Source: Fonticula alba ATCC 38817
Taxonomy: Eukaryota; Protista; Nucleariida
NCBI GenBank assembly: GCA_000388065.2
Contig: KB932202.1
Reading direction: 5' to 3' (one strand)
DNA: 64,000 nt
Below, piece by piece: positions 60,501 to 64,000 of this stretch. The notes below the pieces were generated by a model. It saw only the letters and a program-made list of their open reading frames with translations. It made no database searches and had not been told where the DNA came from. The position numbers were made by a program, and so were the translations under genes. The stretch's first letter is position 1. Every line of letters starts with the position of its first letter.

Positions 60501-61259
60501 CCGGGCCACCGGCAGGGTGGGCAAGGTGTCCGGGGCCGCCGGGACGCCGACTGGCATCGGGTCCGGGCGCTTGTCACGCGGGTGCAGGCCCCCGGTATGC
60601 GGGGCCTCCGACCGCGGCAGAGGGAGCTGCTGGCCGTCCGGGCGCTCGCTGCCGCTGGAGGAGGCGGCCGAGGGAGGCGGCGGCGGTGAGGGATCCCCCC
60701 CCCCTGGCGATCGAGAGGACGAGGAATCCCCCCCCGATTCCGGGGAGAAGTCCCGCGGGTTGAGGCCCGGGGCGTTGAGCGCCGGGGTGGGGCGCCCATC
60801 GGCCCGGCGGTCCTGGTGCGCTCGGAGGAGGACATTCCCGGCGGCCCCGGGCCGGAAGGGGTCGGACCCGGCCGGCGGGCGCTGCCCAGGCAGCGGGCTC
60901 ACCGCCGCCTGGACCTCATCGGCGGTGGCCACCCGCCCGCGCGCCGACCGGGCCGCCGCCTGGCTGCCATAATAGTCATTGGTGAAGAGCTGCGTGCTGC
61001 CGCTGGCGGCAATCGGCTCGAAGGTGCGCTCCGGCGGGTTGTCGTGGAACTGCGGCGCAGGGGCCGCGGCGCCCGAGCCGAAGCGCGAAGAAGCGCCCCC
61101 CGGCGGCGGACCGGAGTTGGGCGTCAGCAGGCTCGGCGGCGGGGGGTTGGTGGCACCCGAGGGCGGGAGCCCGGAGCCCCTCTCCGGGGCGCGTGACGGC
61201 GCCCGACCGGCGTTCGCTCTGCGCGGTGGGATGAAGTCTGAGCCAGACGAGGGCGTCAT
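50596..61259 (-). CDS. NMA111: Nma111/Ynm3-type tandem HtrA serine protease (active protease, PDZ domains, pseudo-protease), greatly expanded
   Basis: Exons ~61259-60037, 59664-~57700, ~57450-57190 and 56825-50596. Catalytic triad motifs ILTNRHVV, RDPVHDFGF and GTSGGSSGSPV. PDZ GMLVVDELIPGGPA..LRPGDVL. A second protease-like domain (FNGTGVIVSKEKGLVMCDTNTVP) lacks the His. WAGAALQQPH and VITLKPDPHYW match the family pattern. Confidence 0.95.
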
Positions 61260-61341
61260 ATATGGCTAAGGTACTCCCTCTCTGCTTGTCTCTCTCGGTC
61301 TGTCGCGGTCAGAGAAGGGGGATTCCCCGGGTGTGAGAGAA

Positions 61342-61417
61342 GGGGCGGGGCCGGGAGGGTGAGGCGGGGCCGGGAGGGTGGGGCGGGGCCGGGAGGGTGG
61401 GGCGGGGCCGGGAGGGC
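61342..61417 (+). repeat. 19-nt G-rich tandem repeat x4 (ggggcggggccgggagggt) about 85 bp upstream of the NMA111 start
   Basis: Four near-perfect copies, each containing a GGGCGG or GGCGGG GC-box-like core. Confidence 0.88.
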
Positions 61418-63493
61418 GGGGCGGGGCTATGTGTGCATATGCGCAGGGGGCTGTGCGTGCGGGCGAGGCAGCGAGGCCTGGGGGCGGGTGACGCACCAAA
61501 AGGATGTCAGGGCTACCTTCCCACGGGCGTATACCAAGAGGGCGGCGGAGGAGGAGAGTCCCGGCCAGTTGCACGAACGACGGCGAGAGAGGCAGCAACA
61601 CGGCGGTCAGTAACAGGGCGCGGCCCAGTGAGGGAGGGGAAAGGGGGCGCAAGGGCGGGGCAGAGATCTCGCGAAGGCGCCGGCGACCGGGCCACAAGCG
61701 CGGGCAAGGGTCGGTTCGTGTCACAGGTGCGCAAACTGGCGAGGCAACAGCGCGTGGTACACTCACACAGTGGGGAATAAAAAATGTGGAAAAGGGCGAA
61801 TGTGTGTTTTTGGAACTTGGGAGGTCTGTCGCGTTGAGTGACAAACAAAATGGTTGGAGAAGGAAGCTAGGCCTTGTGTCTGGCCGGCCGGGCGCCGGGG
61901 CACCGGCCCACATAGCTCCCCTCCTGGAGGCGGGGGCGTCCACGGGGCCCGATCCATTCAGGTGTGTGTGTGTGTGTGTGTGCGTGGATGTGTGCGCGAG
62001 CGGGGGCTGTGTGTTGCCATCCCTCCGGTAGGAGGGCGAGGTGGCGCCGGGGGACAGGCGAGACGACCTCCCCACCAGGACCCATGCCCGGGATCTACAC
62101 AGCCCCGCACACCACGGCTGCGGGACCGGGGGCATGCGGACATCCTCGGCCTCTGTTCGGTGCCCCCTCCACCAGTTGCTGCCCCCCCCCCCTGTGGCGT
62201 GGCTTCCACATCGCGCCATCGGCTCCCTGCTCGGCCAGCTGCCCCTCTACACGGGCATCCTGTCGGGGCGTGGAGGGGGCTATCTATCTATAATCCGGAT
62301 CTCACCCGGCACCATGGGCGGCCCGGATCGTGCGTCCAATGCCCGAAGTGAAGACCGGCGACGACCCCTCCGCGCCCCCTCGCCCCGAGCTGCAGCGAGC
62401 CGAGACGCACGCTTCAGCAGCCCCGCCAGGTAGCGACCGCAGGAGCGCGCACATGGGGGCAAGAAAGGGGACAAACACCCCCCCCCCCCCCCCGCGTTCA
62501 GGATCTTGAACACATGCGACGACACGCGACGGCCGATGGTCCGGCACCAAAGCGGGGCCGCATCGAGGGGCAGGCCAGAAAAATGATATTTTTCGATTGC
62601 CGCGTCTCCCCACTCGCGGATCGACCAAAGGGCCGCCAGAGACCGTTCCGCGGAAGCCCCTGCGGGGGTCGCCGCAAACCGGCCGACCTGAGGGGGTATT
62701 CATGGAGGCGGCGCATACTCTCAGGCAGCGCGCACACATACACACACACACACACAATACGCACAGGGAATAGCGGCATATCTGAGAAGGGCCCCCCCCC
62801 CCCCCACCGGGGGGGGGGGGGCGGTCCAACAGGCAGAGGGACATGCTGGGGGAGAAAAAAAGGTGAAAGCCATTCCCCAAGTCCGTCCTCGCCCTGGCCC
62901 CCTCCCCGGCCCCAGCCCCGGCCCCGGCCCCGGCCCCGGCCCAGCGCTTTATGCACGACCAGCCGGTGTTGGTGTGATCGCGGAGCCCCCCGCCATCGTG
63001 CGGGGGTAGGCGGAAAAAGCGAGACAGCCTGAGAAACAGAGGGTTGGGGCTCATCGACCTTCCCCCGCCGTCCCCGGCCCTCGCCGTTCCCCCGGGCCAG
63101 GGCACGCCGATCATACACATGCAGACACACAGACACAGACACAGACACACACACGCACACACACGCACACACACACACACACACATGCAGACACACACAC
63201 ACACATACAATCGGCGAAATGCGGAGGGCCGCGCGAGACCGCGGGGGCCGGGGGGCCGGACACGGGGCCCAGCTGCCGGCGGACTCGGACGGCATCTATT
63301 TAACCCACCCGCGGGGCGATGCGGACAATGGCCGGCGAGGACCGGTTAAGGCGCGGGTCATGTGGATGCTCCGGGCACGTGGAGGATGAAATCACGCAGC
63401 CATGCCGGAGCTGTAGTGGTATCCCCCAATCTCTATAAACCAAGTCACAGGTTGAATTACAAGATCCCCACGTGAACGGCCCCGTGGAAGATT

Positions 63494-64000
63494 ATGGCAT
63501 GCTTGAATGGCATTCCTCCTCAGGAGGAATGCGGGGTAGATCGACAGCCAGATGGCCGCCGAGTACCGGGCCAGTTCGGTGGCCCAGGAAAGGAGGGAGA
63601 CACGCGTGCGCGCGGGGTTCTCAGATCCACCCCACGACCAACCCAAGGTCAAAAGGGGGACTCCCTGCGGGAGCCTCCTGAGAGCGAAGACCTTAGCAGC
63701 TATGACGATGTTGACTATGTTGACGATGTTGAAGTATACGCTTGTATGCTAAGACAACCTGACAGAGTCTCAGCCCAGCCTGCGAACATCTGTTCTAAGG
63801 CTTCCTCTCGAACCCCTTTTGTTACACGAATTGCTTTCTATTTTGCTCGCCCCGCTAACTCGCCCCCTAGGTCGAGTTACCTTGTCTCGTCGCTAGTAAT
63901 CTCATCACCCTTCTGGTTCGGTACGCCCTCCTTCATGCCCGAGCGGTCCCTAACCAGTAGTAAGATTTCCGGTATAGCTTCCGTCAAAGCTTCACTCCTT
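63494..64000 (+). other. Lower-GC block with an unstopped ORF (~169 aa) running off the window; identity unknown
   Basis: Manual translation from ATG 63494: MACLNGIPPQEECGVD..EPPESEDLSSYDDVDYVDDVEVYACML..SVKASLL, with no stop before 64000. The block lacks microsatellites and looks about 50% GC by eye. Confidence 0.35.

Noticed and set aside
63350-64000. Possible rRNA or group I intron at the right edge
   Set aside because: No conserved SSU/LSU/5.8S segments or P7 (R/S) motifs were recognised.

Overview
This is a GC-rich (~65-70%), intron-containing eukaryotic genomic window from a draft assembly with many N gaps. Introns mostly have GTGCGT/GTACGT donors and AG acceptors and are full of (CT)n/(CA)n/(GT)n microsatellites. 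Style and gene content suggest a protist opisthokont such as Fonticula alba; this is inference and was not verified. Gene order: TAF1C/Rrn6-like (-, runs off the left edge), WDR74/Nsa1 (+), tRNA-Asn(GTT) (-), orphan (+), P4-ATPase flippase (+), orphan multi-TM protein (+), HSCB/Jac1 (+), SPC25 (+), orphan signal-peptide/TM protein (+), glyoxalase I (-), RENi-family SUMO-like-domain protein (-), CIP4/TOCA-type F-BAR protein (+), DHHC palmitoyltransferase (-), Tom22 with a very large acidic repeat extension (+), a probable small orphan gene (-), and a ~3200-aa Nma111/HtrA protease (-). The right edge has a lower-GC block with an ORF running off the window. The most unusual biology is the ~430-aa acidic N-terminus on Tom22, the roughly tripled Nma111, a RENi protein ending in a Gly-rich tail, and an Spc25 tail carrying kinase motifs. 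Two assembly artefacts are visible: an Illumina adapter and a probably misplaced contig. All family calls come from motif recognition by eye; no database searches were run.
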